Virus record (IMG/VR): IMGVR_UViG_3300040801_001133
Location: 1-64,000 of that record
Source: a virus
Reading direction: 5' to 3' (one strand)
DNA: 64,000 nucleotides
Shown here: positions 45,828 to 53,673 of the stretch, piece after piece
How positions within the stretch are numbered: position 1 is the first letter of the stretch
How the letters are laid out: the number at the start of each line of letters is the position of its first letter
The notes under the pieces: generated by a model
What the model saw: only the letters and a program-made list of their open reading frames with translations
Databases searched by the model: none
What the model was told of the DNA's origin: nothing
Made by a program: the position numbers and the translations under genes

Positions 45828-46151
45828 CTAAACTTCAGGTTCACTGACTTTTCCTAAGTCATGAGAGTATTTCTTATACTTCTGAAGTCTCATTAATTTT
45901 TTATTGTAAGAAGTTTCTGATGTAGCATCGTATATACCAGCAGCCATTTTAAGAGGTTCTGACAGCTCTAAAGAAAGTAGTTGGATAGTGTTAAGTAAAT
46001 CTTCTATTTCGTCCTCTAGACGTTCTTTATTCGTTTGTTTCTGTCCTTGCTTGATTTCATCTAATCCAAACTGCATAGCTTTAGAACATACATACTGAAT
46101 TTCAGCACACTCCTCCATTACTTTAAGTAAAAGAAACTGTTCTTTATCCAT
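45828..46151 (-). CDS. MazG-like nucleotide pyrophosphohydrolase
   Basis: ~100-aa all-helical protein with LKVMEECAEI (EExxE) and EDEIEDLL acidic metal-binding motifs. Confidence 0.5.
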   Translation of the reverse strand: MDKEQFLLLKVMEECAEIQYVCSKAMQFGLDEIKQGQKQTNKERLEDEIEDLLNTIQLLSLELSEPLKMAAGIYDATSETSYNKKLMRLQKYKKYSHDLGKVSEPEV

Positions 46152-46453
46152 TATTGTACTTCAGTTTTCAAATTTAAATCATCCTCCTCTCTAGCTGCTT
46201 TGTACAGTTCCTTCTCTTGTACGGTTAATGACCTAAGGTCTTGTTCTAGTACGTAATTAGAAACTAACATACCATCCTTTGATACATATCTTACATAGTA
46301 TACTTTATGCATACCAGCAGAGGTTTCCATTAATCCTCTACCTCCAATAAATACAGATGTTTGAGGATTCCCAAACATAGTCCCCCCAGTTAATGCAACA
46401 GGGTACACAACAAATTGAACCAGTTGCCCAATGTTAAATTTGTATTTAGTCAT
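46151..46453 (-). CDS. hypothetical protein
   Basis: 100-aa ORF, co-oriented, with start/stop overlaps with both neighbours. Confidence 0.5.
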   Translation of the reverse strand: MTKYKFNIGQLVQFVVYPVALTGGTMFGNPQTSVFIGGRGLMETSAGMHKVYYVRYVSKDGMLVSNYVLEQDLRSLTVQEKELYKAAREEDDLNLKTEVQ

Positions 46454-47270
46454 TACTTATTAGTTTTTCTTTAATTAGTATTTCTCTTACTGCTTCAATA
46501 AGTTCAGAAATAGTCCCATCATTATCTATCACATAGTCAAATTCCGCGTTATCTAAGGCTGTTTCACTGGAATGGAGGCTAGTGTTATCATAAATCTCAT
46601 GATGTTTTACTATTGACCCATCAGAAATAATAAAGTCTTTATATACTCTATTAACCCTAATTGTTAATCCTCCACGATCTTTTACAGCCTGAAGTTCATT
46701 TGGAAACCTACAATCTGTTATTATCCAGTTAGGGTATGTAGATAAATCTTTTCCACTATCAGGTAAACCAATAGTTATATCCTTTATATATAAACCTATA
46801 GGTTTATATTGATTAAATAAAACATTAATCCACGTATTTGGATGAATTATTTCCCTAAAACACTCTGTACCAATGAGTTGAAGCATTAGTCTAGGTGTCA
46901 TTTTTTGAACACTAAAATGAGAAGCATCGTATGGAAAATCTTCACGTCTGGCGTATATCCTTCTTCCACTTCCTGTGTGAGCTTCAAAATAATCCCACTT
47001 TTCACCAAGTTCAGTTTCTTTAAATTCTTGGTCTTCTAACTGCTCTCTTGTACATCCCAGTAAAATACACACAATATCCTTTAGTGGATCAGCAAACTTT
47101 TTAATTTGCCACTTAGTCCCGTAAGGATGATAGTTTAACCCATTTGGATTTTCAGTTAGCTGTTCAAAGAAATACTCTTTAGAATATTTGTCTTCTATAG
47201 ATAAATACTGAATAATCTTTCCAACTAAATCTTTTCCTGAGTTCTTACGACCCGATATTGAGGTTATCAT
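46446..47270 (-). CDS. deoxynucleoside monophosphate kinase-like P-loop protein
   Basis: The N-terminal ISGRKNSGKDLVG resembles the T4 gp1-type loop G.KRSGKD. Its size and position among nucleotide-metabolism genes also fit. Confidence 0.55.
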   Translation of the reverse strand: MITSISGRKNSGKDLVGKIIQYLSIEDKYSKEYFFEQLTENPNGLNYHPYGTKWQIKKFADPLKDIVCILLGCTREQLEDQEFKETELGEKWDYFEAHTGSGRRIYARREDFPYDASHFSVQKMTPRLMLQLIGTECFREIIHPNTWINVLFNQYKPIGLYIKDITIGLPDSGKDLSTYPNWIITDCRFPNELQAVKDRGGLTIRVNRVYKDFIISDGSIVKHHEIYDNTSLHSSETALDNAEFDYVIDNDGTISELIEAVREILIKEKLISND

Positions 47271-47281
47271 AATTTATATTG

Positions 47282-47530
47282 TTAATTATTAATTTTCGAG
47301 ATTTTACTCCAGTTTTCTAAGTCTTCATCATAAGTATTTGGGAGTATTTCTATTGCGGGTAATATCACGTCATTAGCAGTATCAATAAATTGCTGCGCAT
47401 AAATTTTAGCCGACTTCTTTAGAATTTCTCCACCAATATTATTTGAAATAATAAACCTCATTCTGTGTCTGTTCTCTAAAGTAGGATGATTTTTGATTTC
47501 TTTTAACATTATTTCTTCAAATGTTTTCAT
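47282..47530 (-). CDS. hypothetical protein
   Basis: 82-aa co-oriented ORF in a tight gene array. Confidence 0.45.
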   Translation of the reverse strand: MKTFEEIMLKEIKNHPTLENRHRMRFIISNNIGGEILKKSAKIYAQQFIDTANDVILPAIEILPNTYDEDLENWSKISKINN

Positions 47531-47533
47531 AAC

Positions 47534-47818
47534 TTATGTCTTTATTTTAATAGGATTATTAATAAATCTTTTTATACAATCATCAACACAATGATCAAAT
47601 TTTATAAAAAATATATGCCTCTTTCCAGGATGAACTCGTCTAAAATCTTCTTTAATACGTTCATGTAAAAAATTAAGAGTACGATTATAGCTAGCAATAG
47701 TTATTCCATTACTTAACTCTTCTTCATGTAATTCGGCAGCTTCTTTTTTATCAAACTTTAAACCATCACTAGTTTTATATTCAACTATGACTGTCTCTAA
47801 TCTTTCTATTTTACTCAT
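47534..47818 (-). CDS. hypothetical protein
   Basis: 94-aa ORF with an ATGA overlap with the upstream gene. Confidence 0.45.
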   Translation of the reverse strand: MSKIERLETVIVEYKTSDGLKFDKKEAAELHEEELSNGITIASYNRTLNFLHERIKEDFRRVHPGKRHIFFIKFDHCVDDCIKRFINNPIKIKT

Positions 47819-48021
47819 AATACTTTGGATTTATATAACCTAGTGGTTTTCCACTTATCTATCCAAACATTATCTTTGATATTAAAAGATATAGGTTTTT
47901 GCTCGATTTGATAGTAATGCATCCAGTACCAAGTATTAAATTTAAAAATTGGAAACCAAAAGAATTTGGTCTTCACCCTTACATTTACCCCTATGTATGT
48001 CCATTTATTTTTTGATTTCAC
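47815..48021 (-). CDS. hypothetical Trp-rich small protein
   Basis: 68-aa ORF. Its TGA stop overlaps the next ATG. Confidence 0.4.
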   Translation of the reverse strand: MKSKNKWTYIGVNVRVKTKFFWFPIFKFNTWYWMHYYQIEQKPISFNIKDNVWIDKWKTTRLYKSKVL

Positions 48022-48048
48022 AATTCAATTCGATTATTAGCTATATCT

Positions 48049-48273
48049 TTATACACTTCGGTCACTTGAATATAATATTTTCTTTCTTAATTCTTCATTT
48101 AGTTTATAAAGTATTACTGAATACTCGGTATTAAGATCAGAAAAGAAATGACCGGAACTAAACTCTTTTTTAATACCATCTAATTCATCCTGAGATTCTA
48201 TAATAAGCTCTATATCAATCTTAATTGGAATGAATCTCTTTAATTCTGATTTAGTTATTTTTATTTTAGACAT
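48049..48273 (-). CDS. hypothetical protein
   Basis: 74-aa co-oriented ORF. Confidence 0.4.
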   Translation of the reverse strand: MSKIKITKSELKRFIPIKIDIELIIESQDELDGIKKEFSSGHFFSDLNTEYSVILYKLNEELRKKILYSSDRSV

Positions 48274-48275
48274 AA

Positions 48276-48551
48276 TTATTTATTTTTAAGTATGTACACA
48301 TCTGTTTTGTTCCAATCCCCGCACGTATCACAAACATATTTATCTGTAGTTTCTTTTAGTTCATAATTGTTCCGAATATAAGTAGCTATTTCATACTCAG
48401 ACATATCCTTCACATCTTTGACTAAATTGTCAGGTAACTTGGAAGCAATATTTTCGTCAATGATATAATCATCATATGAATAATCAAAAAGATGATTGGA
48501 ATCTACTAGTATAGTATATCCAAAACATCCATCTACTATTTCTATTTTCAT
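48276..48551 (-). CDS. hypothetical protein
   Basis: 91-aa co-oriented ORF. Contains CDTCGDW (possible half zinc knuckle). Confidence 0.4.
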   Translation of the reverse strand: MKIEIVDGCFGYTILVDSNHLFDYSYDDYIIDENIASKLPDNLVKDVKDMSEYEIATYIRNNYELKETTDKYVCDTCGDWNKTDVYILKNK

Positions 48552-48561
48552 AATAAAATGT

Positions 48562-48747
48562 TTAATAAATGTATTCTTCTAGTATTTCCGCTACTCTGAA
48601 GTTATTGATGGACATAAGTTCTCCCAGAGTTGCCTCAGGATGTACCTTAAACTCATCTCTAGCGCGTTGTAATACTTCTTCTAAAGGATTATACCCTAAG
48701 TCTTCTGAAAGCTCTTCAGAACGCTCTATAATTTGTTGTTTATTCAT
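48562..48747 (-). CDS. hypothetical acidic small protein
   Basis: 61-aa ORF with an ATGA overlap with the ligase gene stop. Confidence 0.4.
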   Translation of the reverse strand: MNKQQIIERSEELSEDLGYNPLEEVLQRARDEFKVHPEATLGELMSINNFRVAEILEEYIY

Positions 48748-49757
48748 TGTAAGTATTGATGGAAAATACGTGCAGCTCTTTTAGAACAAGCAGAAGCAAC
48801 ATCTTTCCAAATTAGTGAATTAGATTCTAAAGTATCTGATTCTTCCGCAATAATATCATTAGCAACCCAGCGAACTACATTACCGGTTTGTTTAATGGAC
48901 TCAGCAGAAGTCTCTTGTATAGCCTGTTTAACCCTGTTAGGAGTTACAGCATAATTAACAAATTCCTCAATAGATTTTAGTTTTTCTACATCTACTTTAG
49001 CTAATTTCTTGACTTTAGAGGAACTATGTTTTTCACCCTTGACTTTAAAGCGAATTGTATCGCCCCTATAAATAGTAGACCATACTACCCCTTCACCTAC
49101 ATTACCTTCTTCTTTATCAAGAAGTATGGTAGCCACGGGACAAGATTTCTCTACTTCTTCGGTGATTTTTACCATCTGGTCAGAAGAAAATTTAGGTTTA
49201 TTAAAGTCAATTTCTACTGAATATACAGGGAAATCATATATATTATAAAAATTAATTTCGGGTATACCAGGATAAGGTACAATATCTTGGTACACATCAT
49301 CGTAATAGGAACCAAAGAGAAAGAAAGATTTTTCTACCTCTGCAATTCCTACTCCTGATTGTATACCCTTACCTGCCCATTCTCCAAATAAGGTTACAGT
49401 TTTATAGTCACTAATGGGTGCTTGTGGTAAAGCATATGTATCAAAATAACATCTTAGTAAATCTTTATTTTTATTTACCCAACCCACAAATTCAAAGTGG
49501 GATGCATCACCCGCATTTAGAGCAATTACGTTATTTCTACTCTGCACATACATCTCATTTTTTTCAAGATCAAGAGTAATGCCAGCATTGGTTCAGTGTA
49601 ATTTAACAGTACCAGTAAAGAGTAAAGTAGGATAAGGTTCTCTATTTTCATAGATAGCATTACCCTCTTCATCTTTCCCTTGAAAATCATGAGATAATCG
49701 TGTTTGCTTTACAATATCTCTAAATTGCCTTGTTTTAGGCCATTTAATATTTTTCAT
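48744..49757 (-). pseudogene. Rnl2-family ATP-dependent RNA ligase interrupted by one in-frame TGA (49593-49595)
   Basis: Track ORFs 49593-49799 and 48744-49553 are in the same frame. Joined they read TGTVKLH*TNAGITLDLEKNEMYVQSR. Motif I KxHGTN (T4 Rnl2 EKIHGTNFS) has the stop where Gly belongs. Downstream motifs are FGEWAGKGIQSG, GEGVVW and RFKVKGEKH. The likely ATG is at 49757 (MKNIKWPK); the track start is TTG. Confidence 0.7.
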
Positions 49758-50216
49758 TAGTATGTGATTTTGTTTTAACTGCTGTGTTATTACTTCCAAT
49801 ATATTTTTTAGAGAAATTAGAAAATTTTACCCATGAAAAATAAAAATTTCTAAGCTCCTGAGACATGTCATTCAAGGATATATATTCATGTTCCAAATCT
49901 TTTTTAAACTTCTCGCAAGCGACTCAGTATAAGTTTTATATCGCATAATTGACATTTTAGGAGCCACAATTTAAACAGCCATCTTCATCTAAATCACAGT
50001 ACTTGTCAAAACCCAATTCTATTTCCAATTTTTTTATGCTAAGTAACAAACTAGTTGGTGGTTTATCCATACTTGCCGCTTTATCCTTTAGTTCTTTAGT
50101 CTTTTTATTTTATCACCAGACACCTGGTTTAGTTTTAATTGATAAATTACTACTTTCTTGGTATTTTTACTTATTGTGCTTTGACGCATAAATCTCTATA
50201 ATGCATTTCGAGAAAA

Positions 50217-50921
50217 CTAATATGAGTAGGAATAAAAAAGCCTCTCATCAGTATCTATTATTATGTATTTGTGAGGACAATCAGTAAGTAACACTTGCTT
50301 ATTAGCTTCAAGATGAGGATTTCTAACTTGGGTATGACCCACTACATGAATATATCCCTCTACTGAATTTCTTACTAAAGAATTGGGTCTAATCCAAATC
50401 GGACTATGCGAGGGAGCATTTCCTTGGGTATTAAAAGTACGGTCATATTTATATCCTTGCTCAAAAGAATATACCCTTGGTTTGGTGGCCCAAAGAAGGT
50501 TTAATGTATCCACCAAACTATACTCATTTCTTAGTTCCGCATTCTCATCAACTTTGTTTAACCAAGAATTGCTAACTCCTGCGTGACTAAATAAGTAATT
50601 GTCTTTTTCGTAAGCTATATCAAAAAGATGTAGATATTTTGTGTAAATCTCCCTAATTTGATGGGCGTGATGAGTTTGGTAACCAGAATATATTTCTCCC
50701 TCTAAATAATGATAGCAATGGTTGCCTATTAATAGTGTTACCTTATTTTTATTCAACAGTTTATAGGCAATAATATTTCTAAAGTTGTTCAGTTGTTGTC
50801 CAAAAGGTATATCAAATGAGTCAAAATAATCTCCTAAAAATACAACTTTATCATAATCTTCCCTTTCAACTCTTCCCCAATTGTTCCTTCCGTGAACATC
50901 ACTAATCACTAGTATTCTCAT
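50217..50921 (-). CDS. calcineurin-like metallophosphoesterase (lambda-phosphatase / Pnkp-phosphoesterase type)
   Basis: ILVISDVHG, VVFLGDYFD, LIGNHCYH, FSHAG and VVGHT, in canonical order. Confidence 0.75.
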   Translation of the reverse strand: MRILVISDVHGRNNWGRVEREDYDKVVFLGDYFDSFDIPFGQQLNNFRNIIAYKLLNKNKVTLLIGNHCYHYLEGEIYSGYQTHHAHQIREIYTKYLHLFDIAYEKDNYLFSHAGVSNSWLNKVDENAELRNEYSLVDTLNLLWATKPRVYSFEQGYKYDRTFNTQGNAPSHSPIWIRPNSLVRNSVEGYIHVVGHTQVRNPHLEANKQVLLTDCPHKYIIIDTDERLFYSYSY

Positions 50922-51023
50922 GTTAATTTAATTTTGCTGGATTGATGCAAGAAAATTGGGGGATAATACACTGAATAAATCTTCCTTTGTAATATATTAT
51001 GTAATCTTTCATAGTTTACTATG

Positions 51024-51263
51024 TCATATAATTTTCATGTACACTATAAATACAAACAAGAAAATAAGAGCATTAAGGAGTAAAACCCAAAAACTATCTT
51101 GCAATATTTTGTGGCAGTCAATAGTAACTTTGTCTTCCTCTCCAAATAAAGACAAAGCAGTATGGTAGAGAGAAGCACAAATAGATAATTGTTTGACTAA
51201 AAAAACTAAAAATATAGTAATTCCTACTAACACGGTAATATAAAATATTTCTATTAATGTCAT
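51024..51263 (-). CDS. small membrane protein with two TM segments
   Basis: IFYITVLVGITIFLVFLV and FWVLLLNALIFLFVFIVYM flank a short polar loop. Confidence 0.4.
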   Translation of the reverse strand: MTLIEIFYITVLVGITIFLVFLVKQLSICASLYHTALSLFGEEDKVTIDCHKILQDSFWVLLLNALIFLFVFIVYMKII

Positions 51264-51281
51264 GGCATATTAAATTGTTAT

Positions 51282-51317
51282 GTGGCCCAGTAGGATTTGA
51301 ACCTACGATCTTCTTGT
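51282..51317 (-). other. orphan tRNA 3' fragment (variable loop, T-arm, 3' acceptor strand and discriminator)
   Basis: The - strand reads CAAGAAGATC GTAGG TTCAAAT CCTAC TGGGCCA C. This is a perfect 5-bp T-stem with a canonical TTCAAAT loop (51290-51306), followed by a 7-nt acceptor 3' strand. No complementary 5' acceptor strand, D-arm or anticodon arm can be folded upstream. Confidence 0.5.
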
Positions 51318-51371
51318 TATGAATAAACTGTTACTAAACAACAACATTCCGTAACAAAAATAGATAATATT

Positions 51372-51647
51372 TTAGGTATTCTTATTTTTGATCTCATTTT
51401 CTTCGATTTTTATTAGTCTAATTCTTAAAGGATTTACAAGTAAATCATAAGCTTCTTTGTCAAGCATATTCTTTCTTTTCTTACCTCCTGATTTATAGAC
51501 AATATACCTGGAATACCACTTGTTATAGGTTTTTATTTGTTTTAGTATTTTCTCTTTCTCTGTTTTTTCAAACAAGTCCTGAAACATACTTATTACAGTA
51601 CTTACTACTGGTATATACTGTATAATTGGGATTTTATTATTACTCAT
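51372..51647 (-). CDS. hypothetical basic protein
   Basis: 91-aa ORF with an ATGA overlap with the upstream gene. Confidence 0.45.
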   Translation of the reverse strand: MSNNKIPIIQYIPVVSTVISMFQDLFEKTEKEKILKQIKTYNKWYSRYIVYKSGGKKRKNMLDKEAYDLLVNPLRIRLIKIEENEIKNKNT

Positions 51648-52270
51648 AATATATCTTTTTTACTAGTTATATAATAGGGAGGGTTAATTGTATTTAATTC
51701 ATGATTAAATACTTCTTGGTCTCTTCTCAATGGTAATTCATATTCTAAAGTACGGATAGGGGCTACAGTTACATTATATTCTTCCATTACCTTTTGTTTG
51801 AACTCAGCGACTGCTAATGGATTTCTTGATAATACTTTATATACCGAAGAATTAATATTCTTTTCACCAAATATACTCTTTAATTGCTTATCAGAGTACA
51901 TATCTCCGTACCTGCCTTCTAAAAAAGCAGTATAGGCATTATTATACTTATCGGGTAACTCCAAAACTAACATATGTTTTCTAGAATCTACTCTAGAGCC
52001 AAATACATAATCAGTAACAAAATAAGGCTCAAAAGAAACCCAAACCATGAACTTGGCCCAATTTTTAGGTTTGAAAGCTTTATCAGTTAAGATATAGACT
52101 AAGTTAAGTTCGGTTGTAGAACTCCCCGCCAGTAGTTCATCATGAATACCTACGCCAAGTTTATTAATTGCACTAAGTTTGTTTCTTAGTTTTTCCCCAT
52201 GTCCTTTTAGAGCTGGAAGCATATACTCCCAAGTTTTATTTTTGTATAGTTGTCCAATCTTTATATTCAT
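51644..52270 (-). CDS. hypothetical protein
   Basis: 208-aa ORF with a 1-nt TAATG-type junction with the exonuclease gene. Confidence 0.5.
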   Translation of the reverse strand: MNIKIGQLYKNKTWEYMLPALKGHGEKLRNKLSAINKLGVGIHDELLAGSSTTELNLVYILTDKAFKPKNWAKFMVWVSFEPYFVTDYVFGSRVDSRKHMLVLELPDKYNNAYTAFLEGRYGDMYSDKQLKSIFGEKNINSSVYKVLSRNPLAVAEFKQKVMEEYNVTVAPIRTLEYELPLRRDQEVFNHELNTINPPYYITSKKDIL

Positions 52271-53157
52271 TAGAAATAGTTAAGACCCATGCACTCTTCA
52301 TAGGTTAATTGATTATAGTATAGTTCTGATTTGCCTAGTCTAGATAAAAAGAATTTTATATCTTCTTCTAAAGAAGGTGTTTGTAATCTAAAAGACTTAA
52401 CTCTTTTATCTACAGATAGATCATTAATGCTTCGTTGCATTATCTCAAATTTATCTAATTGAATATCATCAAAATATCTTGTATACTCATCAATTAAAAG
52501 ATCATGAAGGGGCATTTGAATAAAATCTACATAAGCTTCAGTAGCTTGATATAAATAGCAATAAACCACCAACTGCCAATAATATTGGCTAGGTATTTTA
52601 TTCTTAGATTTGAATGATTTCCAATCTTTAGGAACCTTCACATCTCTAATACCAACTATATCAATTTTATTATGAAGAAAATCTGTTTCTACCTTATTAT
52701 ATCTTATATCACACTCACCAGTAACAAACCCCTTAGTTATTCTTTTTGTGTTCTTTTTATAGTTGGTTCCCTCCTTTCTATTTAATATTTTAATGGCACC
52801 TTCTTCAGATAAAATACCATTTTGTGTAGCTATATACCCAAAAAATCCTTCTGAAGTAGAGAAGTCTACATAACCAATATTATTCTCTAACCAAACTTCC
52901 TTCAAATAATTCTTAGTACCAGGGGGTAAATCGTCTATCAAAGCTAACTCCCTTTGCTCTAAAGCTTTTTTATATGCCTTAGCCACAGTAGTAATACCGT
53001 GGGTTTCACAATAAGTATCTAACTTATCCTTATTATAAGGACCTAATTTTTTATCCTTAATTTTTTCTTTTAGTATTCTTTCAGCTAGAATAACAGAATT
53101 GTTATCTATTTCTGGTCTATGAGTACATATCTTATATGCACTTGAAGCTCTAATCAT
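52270..53157 (-). CDS. YqaJ/lambda-Exo-like PD-(D/E)XK recombination exonuclease
   Basis: GECDIRY ... IVGIRDVKVPK (D ... D-x-K) followed by YYWQLVVYCYLY (QxxxY-type motif). Confidence 0.5.
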   Translation of the reverse strand: MIRASSAYKICTHRPEIDNNSVILAERILKEKIKDKKLGPYNKDKLDTYCETHGITTVAKAYKKALEQRELALIDDLPPGTKNYLKEVWLENNIGYVDFSTSEGFFGYIATQNGILSEEGAIKILNRKEGTNYKKNTKRITKGFVTGECDIRYNKVETDFLHNKIDIVGIRDVKVPKDWKSFKSKNKIPSQYYWQLVVYCYLYQATEAYVDFIQMPLHDLLIDEYTRYFDDIQLDKFEIMQRSINDLSVDKRVKSFRLQTPSLEEDIKFFLSRLGKSELYYNQLTYEECMGLNYF

Positions 53158-53163
53158 TTCCTG

Positions 53164-53652
53164 TTAATTATAAATAGATACTACTTTTCCCTTAAACTCC
53201 TTAAAATCCAAGCGTACAATTTCTCTAAATTCATTAGAGAAATTTTTATCTATTATGGTTTCAGTATATCTCAAAGTAGGCACTCTCAGTAGTAAATTGC
53301 ATAATGTATTTTTAGTTATATATACAGAATCTTCATCATTGTACTTAGAATATATAGCCTTTCTATGTATAACTATACAAATTCTTCTTCTTATTTCTTC
53401 ATAAGGAGGATAATTTTCTTCTATGAGTTTCTTCATTTGAGATAGAACCTTAGAAGGTTTTAAGCCTTTGTGCTTCCCACCCTTAATCTGAATATTAAAA
53501 GGCAGGAATGCCAGATCAACTTTACAGTTGTCTAGCATCCTGCTTGATAATCTCGAAGTTTTACAGTAGGTAAAACCTAGCTCCCTGAATACTTTAGCGT
53601 AGTAGCGTTCAGCATTATGGCCCTTGGTTCTATTAGTTTTTCCTTTTCCCAT
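53164..53652 (-). CDS. small PD-(D/E)XK endonuclease, Holliday-junction-resolvase-like
   Basis: GHNAERYYAKVFRELGF ... CKVDLAF ... FNIQIKGG follows the E ... D ... (E/Q)xK arrangement of Hjc/RecU-type resolvases. It lies adjacent to the exonuclease gene. Confidence 0.4.
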   Translation of the reverse strand: MGKGKTNRTKGHNAERYYAKVFRELGFTYCKTSRLSSRMLDNCKVDLAFLPFNIQIKGGKHKGLKPSKVLSQMKKLIEENYPPYEEIRRRICIVIHRKAIYSKYNDEDSVYITKNTLCNLLLRVPTLRYTETIIDKNFSNEFREIVRLDFKEFKGKVVSIYN

Positions 53653-53673
53653 ACTGTAAAGATAAGAAGATTA

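Noticed and set aside
49593-49595. Genome-wide TGA-to-Gly recoding (SR1/Gracilibacteria-type code) as the explanation for the TGA at the ligase motif I glycine
   Set aside because: TGA serves as the apparent terminator of several genes here (8567-8569, 16569-16571, 47815-17, 48744-46, 53674-76), often in ATGA start/stop overlaps. No other long ORF, including the 12.6-kb one, contains an in-frame TGA. Global recoding is therefore not supported. A local nonsense change or an error is more likely.
50003-51168. + strand ORFs 50003-50191 and 50956-51168 in the early-region gaps, and 47949-48134, 48569-48784, 49026-49220, 50383-50586 and 56877-57278 opposite - strand genes
   Set aside because: They are oriented against the uniformly - strand transcription of this block. 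Their translations are hydrophobic and low-complexity, typical of the reverse complement of AT-rich coding DNA. They overlap better-supported genes or have non-ATG starts.
51282-51356. A complete 75-nt tRNA gene on the - strand ending at the T-arm/acceptor sequence
   Set aside because: The 5' end (GTTACGG...) cannot pair with the 3' acceptor strand TGGGCCA. No D-arm or 5-bp anticodon stem with a U33-containing 7-nt loop can be drawn. Only the 3' third looks like a tRNA.
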